Shown here: piece after piece, positions 12,255 through 22,105 of the stretch | How the letters are laid out: every line of letters starts with the position of its first letter | Numbering within the stretch: the stretch's first letter is position 1 | NCBI GenBank assembly: GCA_030704615.1 | Contig: CM060731.1 | Location: forward strand, 80,104,001-80,168,000 | Source: Takakia lepidozioides | Taxonomy: Eukaryota; Plantae; Bryophyta | Length of the DNA: 64,000 nt | Reading direction: 5' to 3' | Position numbers and translations under genes: made by a program | Notes under the pieces: model-generated | Seen by the model: the letters and a program-made list of their open reading frames with translations, nothing else | What the model was told of the DNA's origin: nothing | Databases searched by the model: none

Positions 12255-13540
12255 CTATCCCAAGCAGTGTGGACACAACCAATCTCCGTCAGGAACCTTC
12301 TCAAGAGGTGGTGTCAAGCATCCCATATGCCAACCCCTTGAGCATCGATTACACACCAGCATGGTGGCTGCCCCTTTGGCAAACCCACAGAGCATGCACC
12401 TCAAACCTGCAGGTACCACTGCCAAGTTTGGGTCAACTCTGCCATCGACATTGGGAAGGTGACATGGCGCACAATTACGCACATGGTCTTTCCAAGTCAT
12501 GCCATCCCGACCCTCCAAGATCAGGACTCCTGAGGGCAACACCTCTTGAACCCTCAGAATAACACGCCCTGCAGTAACATCCAGAGTCGTAGGAGCAGTC
12601 TGCTGCAAATAGACATAGTCACCAGGGCTAAACCTCCGAACCCCAGGACGATATCCTCCACCACGTATAGTGGCATACCTCAACGTATCACGGTGTTGTG
12701 CAATGGCAATGTTCTCAAAAGCCATGGGCATGACTTTCTTGAACAACTTTGCACGCTGATCACATACACGTACCCACACGTCCGGATCGTCAAGGTTAAG
12801 GACTTGAGCAGTGTCCCTACGAATGGCTGCAGGCAAATCCGGCTCTCGGCCAAAGAGAAGGAAATATGGTGAGAAGGAGACAAGTGATGCTTGTTTGCTG
12901 AACCTGTAGCCCATGGCTAACCAAGGAACCTGAAGATCCCAATCTCCTAGGTGTTCCTTCTGCAAGCCATACTTGCGCAAACCCCTCTTCACCGTCTGAA
13001 CAACTCTCTCTGCCAAGCCATCGGCCTCAGGATGATCCTGAGAAGTGGTGCGGTGGTCTATCAAGGCTTTATCACACAAAGCCTGAAACTCCCCCAAGAA
13101 CTCTCTCCCTTGGTCCGTGAGTACCTCAGCTGGAGCACCAAATCGGCTAAGCACACGATCAAGAATGCATACGCAGCCCCCTCACTAGCCTTGTCAGGCA
13201 ATGGAACCAACTCAATCCACTTGGAGAAGTGCTCCACCATCACCAACACATATCTGTGGTGGCGCATAGTCAGTGGCAACGGTCCTGCGAAGTCAAGACT
13301 CCACCTGTAGCCCAATCCCATGATTGGTAAAGGATGCAACTGTGGTGTAGGGGCGTTGAATGAAGCACGCACCCTGTCACACACCATGCACCTAGCCAAC
13401 TGTTGCACCTCTGTATGCATACCACGCCACCAATACTGCCCCTGCAGTAAACTGTGAGTGCGTCGCACTCCAAAATGCCCAACTCCTCATGGGCATGCCG
13501 CACTAACCGTGCACGCTGTGTGGGGTGAGGCACAATCCTC
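12255..13540 (-). CDS. Integrase (HHCC Zn-binding, DDE core) with C-terminal PHD finger; frameshifted
   Basis: Motifs HAHEELGH...CMVC, WSLDFAGPLP, VLTDQGREF and DGLAERVVQTVK. PHD finger CMLC...CNRCSRGWHMGCLTPPL...W.CPHC at ~12260-12395. Confidence 0.92.
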
Positions 13541-15300
13541 ACCGACCATCCTCCCATACTCGAAGTAGGTGTATCCCCTCCCACTTGAACCTCTTGGCTC
13601 GTTGCAGGATCCGATCCCTCTCCCTGGCAGTCACAGTGGCTGTCGTGTCTCCCGTGCGGAGGTAGTCCAACACAGCCGAATCCTCATGTATATCTTTGGC
13701 ACCACCTGGCTCATCACTAGCCTCAGGGTCCTCAGACACTCCGTCTACAGTCATCCCTGTTGTAGGTCCAACCTGACCTCCCGATGCCAAGATACACAAA
13801 AATGCAGATGCGTGCCATCCCGGCACCATCTCCTCGTCCGTCTCACCATGCCACCGAGCTCCAGTGTCATCCTGCTGGCTCATGCATGGATTGCGACTCA
13901 ATCCATCCGCATCCCGATTGACCAAACCCGGTCGATGCACAACCTGAAAGTCATACTCCTGGAGTATGAATGCCCACCGTGCAAGCTTCCCCGTAAGCTT
14001 GTCTGACTCCATCAACCACTTGAGTGGCTGGTGATCCGTGACAAGGGTGAAAAGATTGCGGTATAGATAGCACCTGAAGTGTGCCACGGCCCACACTGCA
14101 GCTAAGCACTCTCCCTCATATGAGCTGTACTTAGCCTCTGCAGCGTTGTTCGAGCGGCTAGCATAAGCCACTACGAACTCTCTTCCCTCATCATCCACCT
14201 GTGTGAGCACCGCTCCAAGCCCCAGCATGCTCCAATCCGTATGCAGCTGAAAGGGACGCCCCCTGATAGGTCGTCTCAGGATAGGCGCCGAGGTCAACCT
14301 CGCCTTGAGCTCTTGAAAAGCTCGTTCCTGCTCATCTTCCCACTGCCACTCCTGGTCCACCTTGGTCAGCTTGGTTAGAGCCTTTGCAATGGTACTAAAT
14401 CCCTTGACAAACCGTCTATAATAGTTTGCCAACCCCATGAAAGCTCGAACTCGGCTCACATCCGTGGGGCGTGGAATTTGTGCAATGGCCTCTACCTTAG
14501 TCTGCTGTACCCCCAATCCTCCAGGATATATCATGTGACCCAGATACTCAATCTGGTTGTGGAAAAACTTGCACTTCCCCGGATGCAACTTCAATCCGTG
14601 CGCTCTCAAGCGCTCCAATACCACCTGAAGGTGTCTCTCATGCTCCTCCATCGTAACACTAAAGATGATGATGTCATCTATGTAGCACCGAGCAAAGTCC
14701 ACCCCTGCTAGAATCCTATCCATGACTCTCTGAAACTCTGCAGGAGCATTCTTAAGCCCAAATGGTAAGAACCGCCACTGATATAGGCAATCCTTGCCGT
14801 GCTCATTGATCCCCCAGAATGTCGTCTTCTGCTTGTCCGCCTCCTTGATTGGCAACTGGTGATATCCGGATCGTAAATCCAAAGTGCTAAAGACCTTAGC
14901 ATGCCCGATGGCATCAAAGATCTCCTCTGGTGTTGGCATGGCATACTTATCGGACTTGGTCTGACGATTTACAGGCCGGTAATCACCGCACATACGTCTC
15001 TCCGTCCAATTGCCATAGACATCCTTCTTGGCTGGCATCACTGTGGCTGAAGCATACTCTCCACCAGAGAGCTCCACCAAACCTGCCTCCCAGAGATCTT
15101 GAGTCCTCATCTGAATCAAAGACCTCTCCATGTCACTGTATCTATAGGGTCTCCGAAAGATTGGCGTGTCAGTGGCCAACTCAATACGGATCTCTTGACC
15201 CTTCAGTGCTCCCAAGTCCTTCAAACTGAAGGCAAAGCAATTCCTGTAAGCCCTCAGGAACCGCCGTATACGTCGTCTCTCTCCTCCGGTGACAATGGGT
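13539..15300 (-). CDS. Gypsy reverse transcriptase and RNase H
   Basis: Motifs RMCGDYRPVN, LDLRSGYHQ, LPFGLKNAP and YIDDII; RNase H motifs LHTDWS...ECLAAVWA...TDHQPL. Confidence 0.95.
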
Positions 15301-15370
15301 CCAATGTCAGGCTCCCAACTGCAACCTTAAGTCCAGTGGGCTTAGAGGTAGAGGACGCGTCCAGTGGTTG

Positions 15371-18300
15371 CTATGTTGCAACCTCTTGAGCAGTACTCCC
15401 TGCCTGCTCAGTCAATGACAAGGCCTCATCCTGCCCCATCATCTCATCCTTGAGGACCTCCTCAACCCGAGAAGAATCCCCAACCTCATCCATCACAGCC
15501 GCCTTGGCTGCCAACTCCCTCTGAACCTCGAGCACCTCCCACGTGTGCCATGGATGCATGCACCCCGTGGTCCTCACATGCTCGCCCCCACTCACTGCCT
15601 GTACCGTCTCGGTAGGCAGAGAGACCATCGAGGGAAGTGTACTCCGCACTCTGCGTTGCTCAGCCAGAGCCAAGCTGATAATCCAGGTCAAGCAATTGAG
15701 ATCCATTGCTTGCCCCAACACTTGACGACGTGATGCCTCAGAAAGAGACGACACCGCCGTGGTACCAGTGGTAAAACCCATTGCCCGCTCACGCTCGTCA
15801 GCATTAGGCTCCACTAACTGCTGCAACTGAGCATCCCACAGGAGGCCAGGTCCACTATCCCGGAAAGCATGCGATCCTGGGAAGCTGAGCAGTGTAGGTA
15901 ATGCTGCTCGTGGTTGACCCACCTTGTTGACCACTGCCAAAGGCGAACGGTCATCGTGTCTCACACGCTGAGACTGCCTCCCTGTGTCCAGAATGCTATC
16001 CACTGTGAGATGTGCTGGCCGCTGCACCCCATCAAATGCACGCTTGAGCAGTGCGGGTGGCATCAAGTTAGTCCACCATAGCCGTGGACGATGAGCCCGT
16101 GACCCCACTGTAGCTGCATCTAGCAACACTGCTGACCCAAGCCACGACCGGACTTGATGCACACTGGCCATCACCCTGGCCCGAGAATCGCCCATCAGTG
16201 GCACATTCTCCAAGATGTATGCTGGAGATACAGCTTGATGAAGCTGCAAGTGGCGCAAAACCCGCACCATCTCCCAAAACAGACCCGACCTCGAGTCTCG
16301 CAATCCATTGCCATGCCCGGCTGATGAATGCCCTTGGCAGGGCCAACCTGCCACTACCAGATCAATGGAGCCAACCCGCTCCAAATCCTGCGCCCCCAGC
16401 AACGAAATGTCTGCTGGCAAGGCCTGCTGATATCCACGAATTGCAGACACCGACAACAACTCAGGGTACCGCTGCACCAACTGAGCAACATGGCGAAGTG
16501 AAACGCGTCGTGCAGTCTCATCCCTCTCCACATACAGGTAACGCCGAACTCGTACACCTGCCTGTAACACAGCAGCCAATCCGGTGCTGATCCCGCCAAA
16601 CAAGTCCAGAAGACAAATGCCTTCATCCGGATACTGCCACACAATAGGTGTGGTGTCCAATGGAGACAACTGAGGTGGTCCTGGTGCAATCCCCGCACTC
16701 TCCTCCTCTCCTGACGGTACAAAAGCCTCCACCCAGGCTTGTTGCACCCGTCGATCAGCATCCCGCTGCAAATCCTTGCTCGTGCCCCACAATGGAGTCT
16801 GAGCAACCATGGTAGGCAACTCCGCCATACCATACATGTCATCCTGCTCTCCCGGAGGTGGCACATCCTCTGAATGAGCGTTGCCCTCAAGCAACTCTCT
16901 AGGCCAACTCACTGCCGCTGTGAATGCTGCTAGTGTCGGCATCTTGCCTCGCTGGGCAACCGCAACTCCTCCTATGAACGTCACAGGGAGCTGCACACGC
17001 CGGCCCTCCCCTGACTGCCATGCAGGCCTATAGGAAGCTGACTCCTCCCAAAAATCCAGGGTGAAGCCCATGGGGTACAACACTGCCCCACCAACCAGGA
17101 CATCGTATGAGACCGCGTCTGTCACAATGGCCTTGGCTCGCATCACTGAGCCATCTGTAGGGTGATCCGGCCGTAGTCTGATAGCCAACTCACGCCGTGT
17201 CATGCCCCGAGCCTGCTCCGATCCTCCCAGAGACGTCTGTATCTGGAAAGGACAAGGCTCCATATCCGCCTCCGTGAGGCCCAAGCCTGCAATAGCAGCT
17301 CTGCCCAGCATCAATGGCTGAGCTCCCGAGTCCAACAAGACCCGCAGTGGCCGGTACCTCTTGCCTGCCGGTCCACTCAAACAGAAAATGTCATCCTGGT
17401 TGTCTAACATGACAACTCCAGGTGTCACCATGGCGCGCTCAATGGCTGGCCTAGCTGGCAGCTCCATCAACCTGGCAGCTGCAGCTTGCCATGGCGCCGC
17501 CGTGGCAGTCTTGACCCTCAAATCCGAGGATCCCTCCGGCACTACACCTCCCACTATCTCCGCAGAAGATGAAGTAACCTCCCCACTCTCACAGAGTGTA
17601 GCTGCCAGCCTGAACACCTCAGCTGGTCTTACCCCCGGCGTCGCAATCATGGTAGCCGAGAACAATGGAGCCTGGCACACAGATGTGGCCGCTCCTAGCA
17701 GCACACTAGCTGCCGTAGCCTTGGCAACACTAGGTAGTGGTGCTACCCATGTAGCTCTCCCCAATGGCATAGTAACCTCCGCCTCGGTAACAGTCGGGCG
17801 AGAACTAGGTGCCATGGATGGCGTCGACACTGTCTCCGCCAATGTGAATGACTGAGGAAGCCTAGCCTGACGGCTTGCCTCCCCACGCTGTGGATCCAAC
17901 TCCACCTCTGCACCTCGTGGCTCAGGAACTCGTGCTGCTCCTCGAGTCACGGCTGCAGCAGACTCCACCTGCACTAGTGGTAGTGCTGCTCCACACATGA
18001 ATCCCATGCCTCCCATATCTCCTCCCTCAGGAGCAGGAGGTGGACCATCCGGCCTTAGAGCCGGTACCACCTGAGCTGTAGCCATGGCAGCGAGCCTCTG
18101 CTCTAGCTGCTGAAGCCGGTTGGCCATGCCTTGGTCAACACCCTGACCTCCGCGTCCTTGGCCATGTTGAGCTTGCCCTTGGCCTGCACCTCGTGGCTGG
18201 CCACCTCGTCCTCTTTGGGCTGCTCCACCTCGCCCCCGGCCACCATTGTTCCCTTGGAACTGGCCTGGGCGCAACTCAGGATGCAAACCATAACACTGGG

Positions 18301-19036
18301 CCTCTCCATGCCCGTGCTTGCCACAATGCCCACACTGCAATTGTGCAGGCTGTGCATGTGCCGGCCCTTTGCCTCCCTCTGGGCAATCCTTCTTGACATG
18401 GGGTCCTCCATATGTCCAGCACACCACATCCGCCCGTTGTTGGCCAGTAAATGAAGGGAGAGACCCCTGCATCTGAGGTCCTCTCTGCCCTTCCCTGAGT
18501 TTCACCTGAGCCCCCTTGTTGCCTTGAGCACGTTGAGGTAGTGGTTGGCTAGGAGCACCACTACCCCGTGGTGTCTCCTTAGCAAATCCCACCATGACCA
18601 CTCGTTCCTCCACCATGTTGAGCTCTATCCGCTCTGCCAGCAAAAACACATTTGCTAAGGTGGGTTGGGCCGCTTGTAGGAGAGTTGCATCCCGTACCCT
18701 TCTCCTCAGCTCCTTGTCCAATATCCCATACCAGAATTGGACTGCTTGAGCTTCCGTAACCCCTTGGGTTACCTTTATCAAGCGCCTCATGCGAGTGAAA
18801 ACCTCCCTCAAGCTCTTGGTCGGCTTCCGTTGGAACTCTTGCAAGCTCCGCAACTTCTCTGTCCTCACCCCTTGGTAGTTCCCTCTCAACTCTTCGAAGA
18901 ACTCCACAACAGGGTTGAAGGCAGGCACGGGTACTAGTGCTGGTGCGGTAGTGGCTTGGGTGGACGTCGTAGCTACTGTACCACCAGTCCCACTGCTACT
19001 TGCTGAAGTTGCCGGTGCAGCGGCAGGTGTAGCCAC
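15371..19036 (-). CDS. Gag C-terminal part, zinc knuckles, aspartic protease and C5-cytosine DNA methyltransferase (1221-aa open frame)
   Basis: CCHC knuckle CGHCGKHGHGEAQC; protease LLDSGA at ~17320-17340. MTase at ~15690-16620 has motifs I LDLFGG, IV GWPCQG, VI ENV, VIII AHRPRLWWTN, IX ERERAMGF and X RQVLGQA. Confidence 0.92.
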   Translation of the reverse strand: MATPAAAPATSASSSGTGGTVATTSTQATTAPALVPVPAFNPVVEFFEELRGNYQGVRTEKLRSLQEFQRKPTKSLREVFTRMRRLIKVTQGVTEAQAVQFWYGILDKELRRRVRDATLLQAAQPTLANVFLLAERIELNMVEERVVMVGFAKETPRGSGAPSQPLPQRAQGNKGAQVKLREGQRGPQMQGSLPSFTGQQRADVVCWTYGGPHVKKDCPEGGKGPAHAQPAQLQCGHCGKHGHGEAQCYGLHPELRPGQFQGNNGGRGRGGAAQRGRGGQPRGAGQGQAQHGQGRGGQGVDQGMANRLQQLEQRLAAMATAQVVPALRPDGPPPAPEGGDMGGMGFMCGAALPLVQVESAAAVTRGAARVPEPRGAEVELDPQRGEASRQARLPQSFTLAETVSTPSMAPSSRPTVTEAEVTMPLGRATWVAPLPSVAKATAASVLLGAATSVCQAPLFSATMIATPGVRPAEVFRLAATLCESGEVTSSSAEIVGGVVPEGSSDLRVKTATAAPWQAAAARLMELPARPAIERAMVTPGVVMLDNQDDIFCLSGPAGKRYRPLRVLLDSGAQPLMLGRAAIAGLGLTEADMEPCPFQIQTSLGGSEQARGMTRRELAIRLRPDHPTDGSVMRAKAIVTDAVSYDVLVGGAVLYPMGFTLDFWEESASYRPAWQSGEGRRVQLPVTFIGGVAVAQRGKMPTLAAFTAAVSWPRELLEGNAHSEDVPPPGEQDDMYGMAELPTMVAQTPLWGTSKDLQRDADRRVQQAWVEAFVPSGEEESAGIAPGPPQLSPLDTTPIVWQYPDEGICLLDLFGGISTGLAAVLQAGVRVRRYLYVERDETARRVSLRHVAQLVQRYPELLSVSAIRGYQQALPADISLLGAQDLERVGSIDLVVAGWPCQGHSSAGHGNGLRDSRSGLFWEMVRVLRHLQLHQAVSPAYILENVPLMGDSRARVMASVHQVRSWLGSAVLLDAATVGSRAHRPRLWWTNLMPPALLKRAFDGVQRPAHLTVDSILDTGRQSQRVRHDDRSPLAVVNKVGQPRAALPTLLSFPGSHAFRDSGPGLLWDAQLQQLVEPNADERERAMGFTTGTTAVSSLSEASRRQVLGQAMDLNCLTWIISLALAEQRRVRSTLPSMVSLPTETVQAVSGGEHVRTTGCMHPWHTWEVLEVQRELAAKAAVMDEVGDSSRVEEVLKDEMMGQDEALSLTEQAGSTAQEVAT

Positions 19037-19039
19037 TGC

Positions 19040-19560
19040 CCTCGTGGCTCTAGTGCCCCTAGTGATGGAGACATAGTCGGGTGACTAGTACATCCTCCAC
19101 TCCTCAATCTCAACCTCATGCCATCATCCATAGGCGGCCCCTCAAGGTGCTGAAACAGCCCCTTCCATGCCATGAAAGGCGTAAATAGTTGTGGATTGCG
19201 CATTTGCTGCAAATCACACCAACTATCAAACTCTTGGATAAAATCATCCAACTCGATGGTGTCCACCGCCCCAGAGTACCTTCGTGGCCCCTTGGTAGCT
19301 CCATACATCTCCTCCATTGTGTCCCACAACAATGGCAAAGAAACAACTTGCACCGCCGGTATGAGTCCTCCTGATTCACAATCCGAATCAGAACCTTCCG
19401 TAGAAGACACAGGAGGTGAAGGTGGCCTAAACCTCACACCTCGTCTCGTGTACCCACTAGTATCGCTAGTGCTCGAACCGGCACTGTCCCCAGCAACTAG
19501 TGGCACCTCCATGTTGACACTCAACCGGTCATGAACATGTCCATAACCCCCTCTCCACAA
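19040..19560 (-). pseudogene. Gag N-terminal region (frameshift and stop before the main ORF)
   Basis: PRRYSGAVDTIELDDFIQEFDSWCD...LFQHLEG resembles a retrotransposon capsid N-terminus and directly precedes the 1221-aa ORF. Confidence 0.7.
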
Positions 19561-20339
19561 GGTAACCGGGTAGAGAACCTGTTGCGGCTTATGGTTTGGA
19601 ATACTAAGTTCCTAACATAGCCTACACCTGTACCGGCATCCACCGCAAACACTCCTATGGTTGGCTGGTCATCACCTCCAACCTCACCACAGGAGAAACA
19701 ATGATGGTCTGGCTGGTCATCACCCCAGCCTCACCATCGACAGCATGCTCTAGGACTGGCCGGTGATCAAATCCGGACCAATCACCTATAAAAACAAGCG
19801 CCCACACAAAACTAGCATGGCGCACAGTCAAGCATGCAGGTATGGAGGGGATCCAAACACAAGAAATCATAACGACACTCCTGCAAGGACACCCCAGCCC
19901 AAACCCGGACTGACTCTTGCCTCCACCTACGGAAAGGTCTTGGCCTAATGAGAGGGTGGAAACTACAAGGAAGAGAAGCTAAAGCAATGCCTAACCCCAG
20001 CATGCCCTCATCCCAACACTCTTCCTCTCCTCTCTTCCCTCACTTGCATGACCATGGGAATATCATGAAGATACTCCTCAAACCGCCCTCAGCCAAGACA
20101 CAAACGCCAGCATTGAGGCATACCATGGAAATCTGAAGGCAAGACTTGCCATGGGGAAAAGCAAGACGAGTGGTTGTAGAGTGGACTGGCTTATATGGGA
20201 ACTCACTGGCCGTGTGCTAACACACTACTGGTACGCAATCCATTTGAAGACCCACGGGTTCATAAGAAATGACAAACACGAAAAGTACATATCCAGTTCT
20301 ATACTTGCGGCACGAGACATTCCTGCTGAGAATGTTACT

Positions 20340-20460
20340 CTTCCTTTGCATGAGGGACATGGCGGGCTGCTATACACCACATTGTTATTTTGGGCTTCCA
20401 ATACTGCTCGATATAGTCCACGAGCTTCAAAATTCGGCCTTCAAGACCACATGCCTGTCC
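20340..20460 (-). pseudogene. Possible MULE-type transposase fragment replacing most of the 5' repeat A
   Basis: LVDYIEQYWKPKITMWCIAARHVPHA resembles the Y...W......W....R..PHA segment of plant MULE transposases; the match is short. Confidence 0.35.
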
Positions 20461-20462
20461 TT

Positions 20463-20513
20463 AAGCTAGCTATTTCCTAGCTAGTTTCACACTAGTGGTA
20501 AAATAACTTGACA
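20463..20513 (-). repeat. 5' terminal repeat A (A1) of copy 1; only the first ~50 bp retained
   Basis: Matches ~9480-9529 with a single 1-nt indel. Confidence 0.85.
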
Positions 20514-21620
20514 GGGTGTTTGCTGGAACAGAGAGGCAGAGATAGCTGAAGGAGCAGGGATAGAGAGTGGGTTCAGATTCATCCAAGAGGGCCAGATTTC
20601 AAGCATAGGATTACTTATGATTCCCTGTGGATCAATACCTACAAGAAACCTACATAGGTAGATGGTCAACTGGATGCCGCAGCAGCAGCGGCACAACTGA
20701 TAAAATCAAGCACTGGTAATCAAGGCACCTTCTTCAACACATTTCACCCTGTTTTTCCCTCTTATCAGAATCGGCCCTAAATTTCCTGTTGAATTCTGCA
20801 AGTTAGCTGGTTGAGTGAATGTAGTTTGGAGTGACTTTGACATGATACTGCCACTGTGACAACATGAAAGTATCCAAAAACACGTAACAGAGATGAAAAG
20901 AACTTGTGGAATGAATACTTTTTTGACCCCAGTCAATGGTGGGACACTGAGGCAAAAAGATGAATGCATGTTAGACAAATCCTCCATGGATCAAGGACAA
21001 TGTGGTGAGGGCACCTTCTTCTTTGACCTTTTTCAGTCTGTTTTGCCCTCTCATCAGACTTGGCCCTGAGATGCATATTGAATTCTGTAAGTTAGCTTGT
21101 TGGGTGGATCTGTGGTGGTTTGGAGTGACTTCGACAAGTTACTGCCGATGTGGCCGCAGGAAGTATCCAGAAACAGATAATTGAGATGAGGAGAAGCTTT
21201 GGAATGAACACTCTGACCCCAGTCAATGGTGGGAAAATGGAGACAAAAAGGTGAATGCCTGTTGGACTACAGAGAGAAGCAGATGCAATATAGAATTGGA
21301 ACTACTGGAATAAGTCGGGCTCGGGTGTTTGCTGGAAATTTCACGCCGTTAGTGTCAGCTGCTAGCAGCAAGGCTGAGGATGTATTTATGATTTGTATGC
21401 AGGCAGGGATATATAGCTGAAGGACCAGGGATAGAGGTCCAGATTTATCCAAGAGGGCCGGGTTTCAAACACAAGATTAATTCTGATTTCCTGTGGATCA
21501 ATAGCTACAAATGGGTAGATGGTCAACTGGAAACAGCAGCGGCAACAACACAATTGATAGAACAAGACACTGCTAATGAAGGTACCTTCTTCAACACATT
21601 TCACCCTATTTTTCCCAAGG
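20514..21620. repeat. Dispersed local repeat family of unknown origin (two partial tandem units here)
   Basis: Shared blocks such as cttatcagaatcggccctaaattt and gagtgactttgacatgatactgcc recur at ~8870-9010, 26280-26890, 36980-38110 and 39180-39530. Confidence 0.75.
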
Positions 21621-22105
21621 TCTATGGCCATGAGGCTACAGCAAACAACGTCCTACGAGTACATTTCTCTTTGAGCCTGCTATGGAAGTAATAAGATTGT
21701 ATCTTTTTCTTATTACATAGTGAAAAGGGGAAGCCCCTGTAGTTCTTTGGTTCTGTTTCTGTTCTTGTCCCTCAGGCTACGGCAAACAACATCTTATGAG
21801 TACATTATGTTCTTGTCCCTCAGGCCCATTGGTCTTCCCATGGACGTGATAAACTTCTTTCTGTCTATCTTTAGCTCTATCTATTCTTTCTCTCTGTTGG
21901 TTGCTTTTATTCTTATGCCTTGAGCTTTAAGGAATGGAATAAATCATATTTTAATCTTCCAATAACTTCTAGCCATTGCTTGTAGTGTTGCTCTTTCACA
22001 TTAATTTACAACAGTCCCATGATGACTGACAGCCACCCCCACATCCCACACCACAGGGTCATATCAGTGGCCGATGCCTGAACTCTTTCAAATTCTACCG
22101 TAAGG

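Larger units (their letters stand above)
9015..20513 (-). mobile_element. Ty3/Gypsy retrotransposon with C5-DNA methyltransferase and PHD-integrase, split terminal repeats (copy 1)
   Basis: Domain order is gag-ZnK-PR-MTase-RT-RH-IN-PHD. Ends are TGTC...GACA. A 4-bp TSD GGGT lies at 9011-9014 and 20514-20517, and the interrupted host repeat resumes as gggtgtttgctgga. A few frameshifts and stops are present. Confidence 0.92.

Noticed and set aside
15690-16620. Bacterial restriction-modification gene or contamination
   Set aside because: The MTase is in frame within a retrotransposon polyprotein, is present in two copies, and is embedded in plant sequence.
16198-18454. Several plus-strand ORFs of 100-165 aa opposite the polyprotein
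   Set aside because: These are antisense shadows of a GC-rich coding sequence with no recognisable domains.
9015-20513. DIRS/Ngaro tyrosine-recombinase element, suggested by the split repeats and a methyltransferase
   Set aside because: It encodes an aspartic protease and a DDE integrase and has a TSD; no tyrosine recombinase ORF was recognised; the MTase is C5-type.
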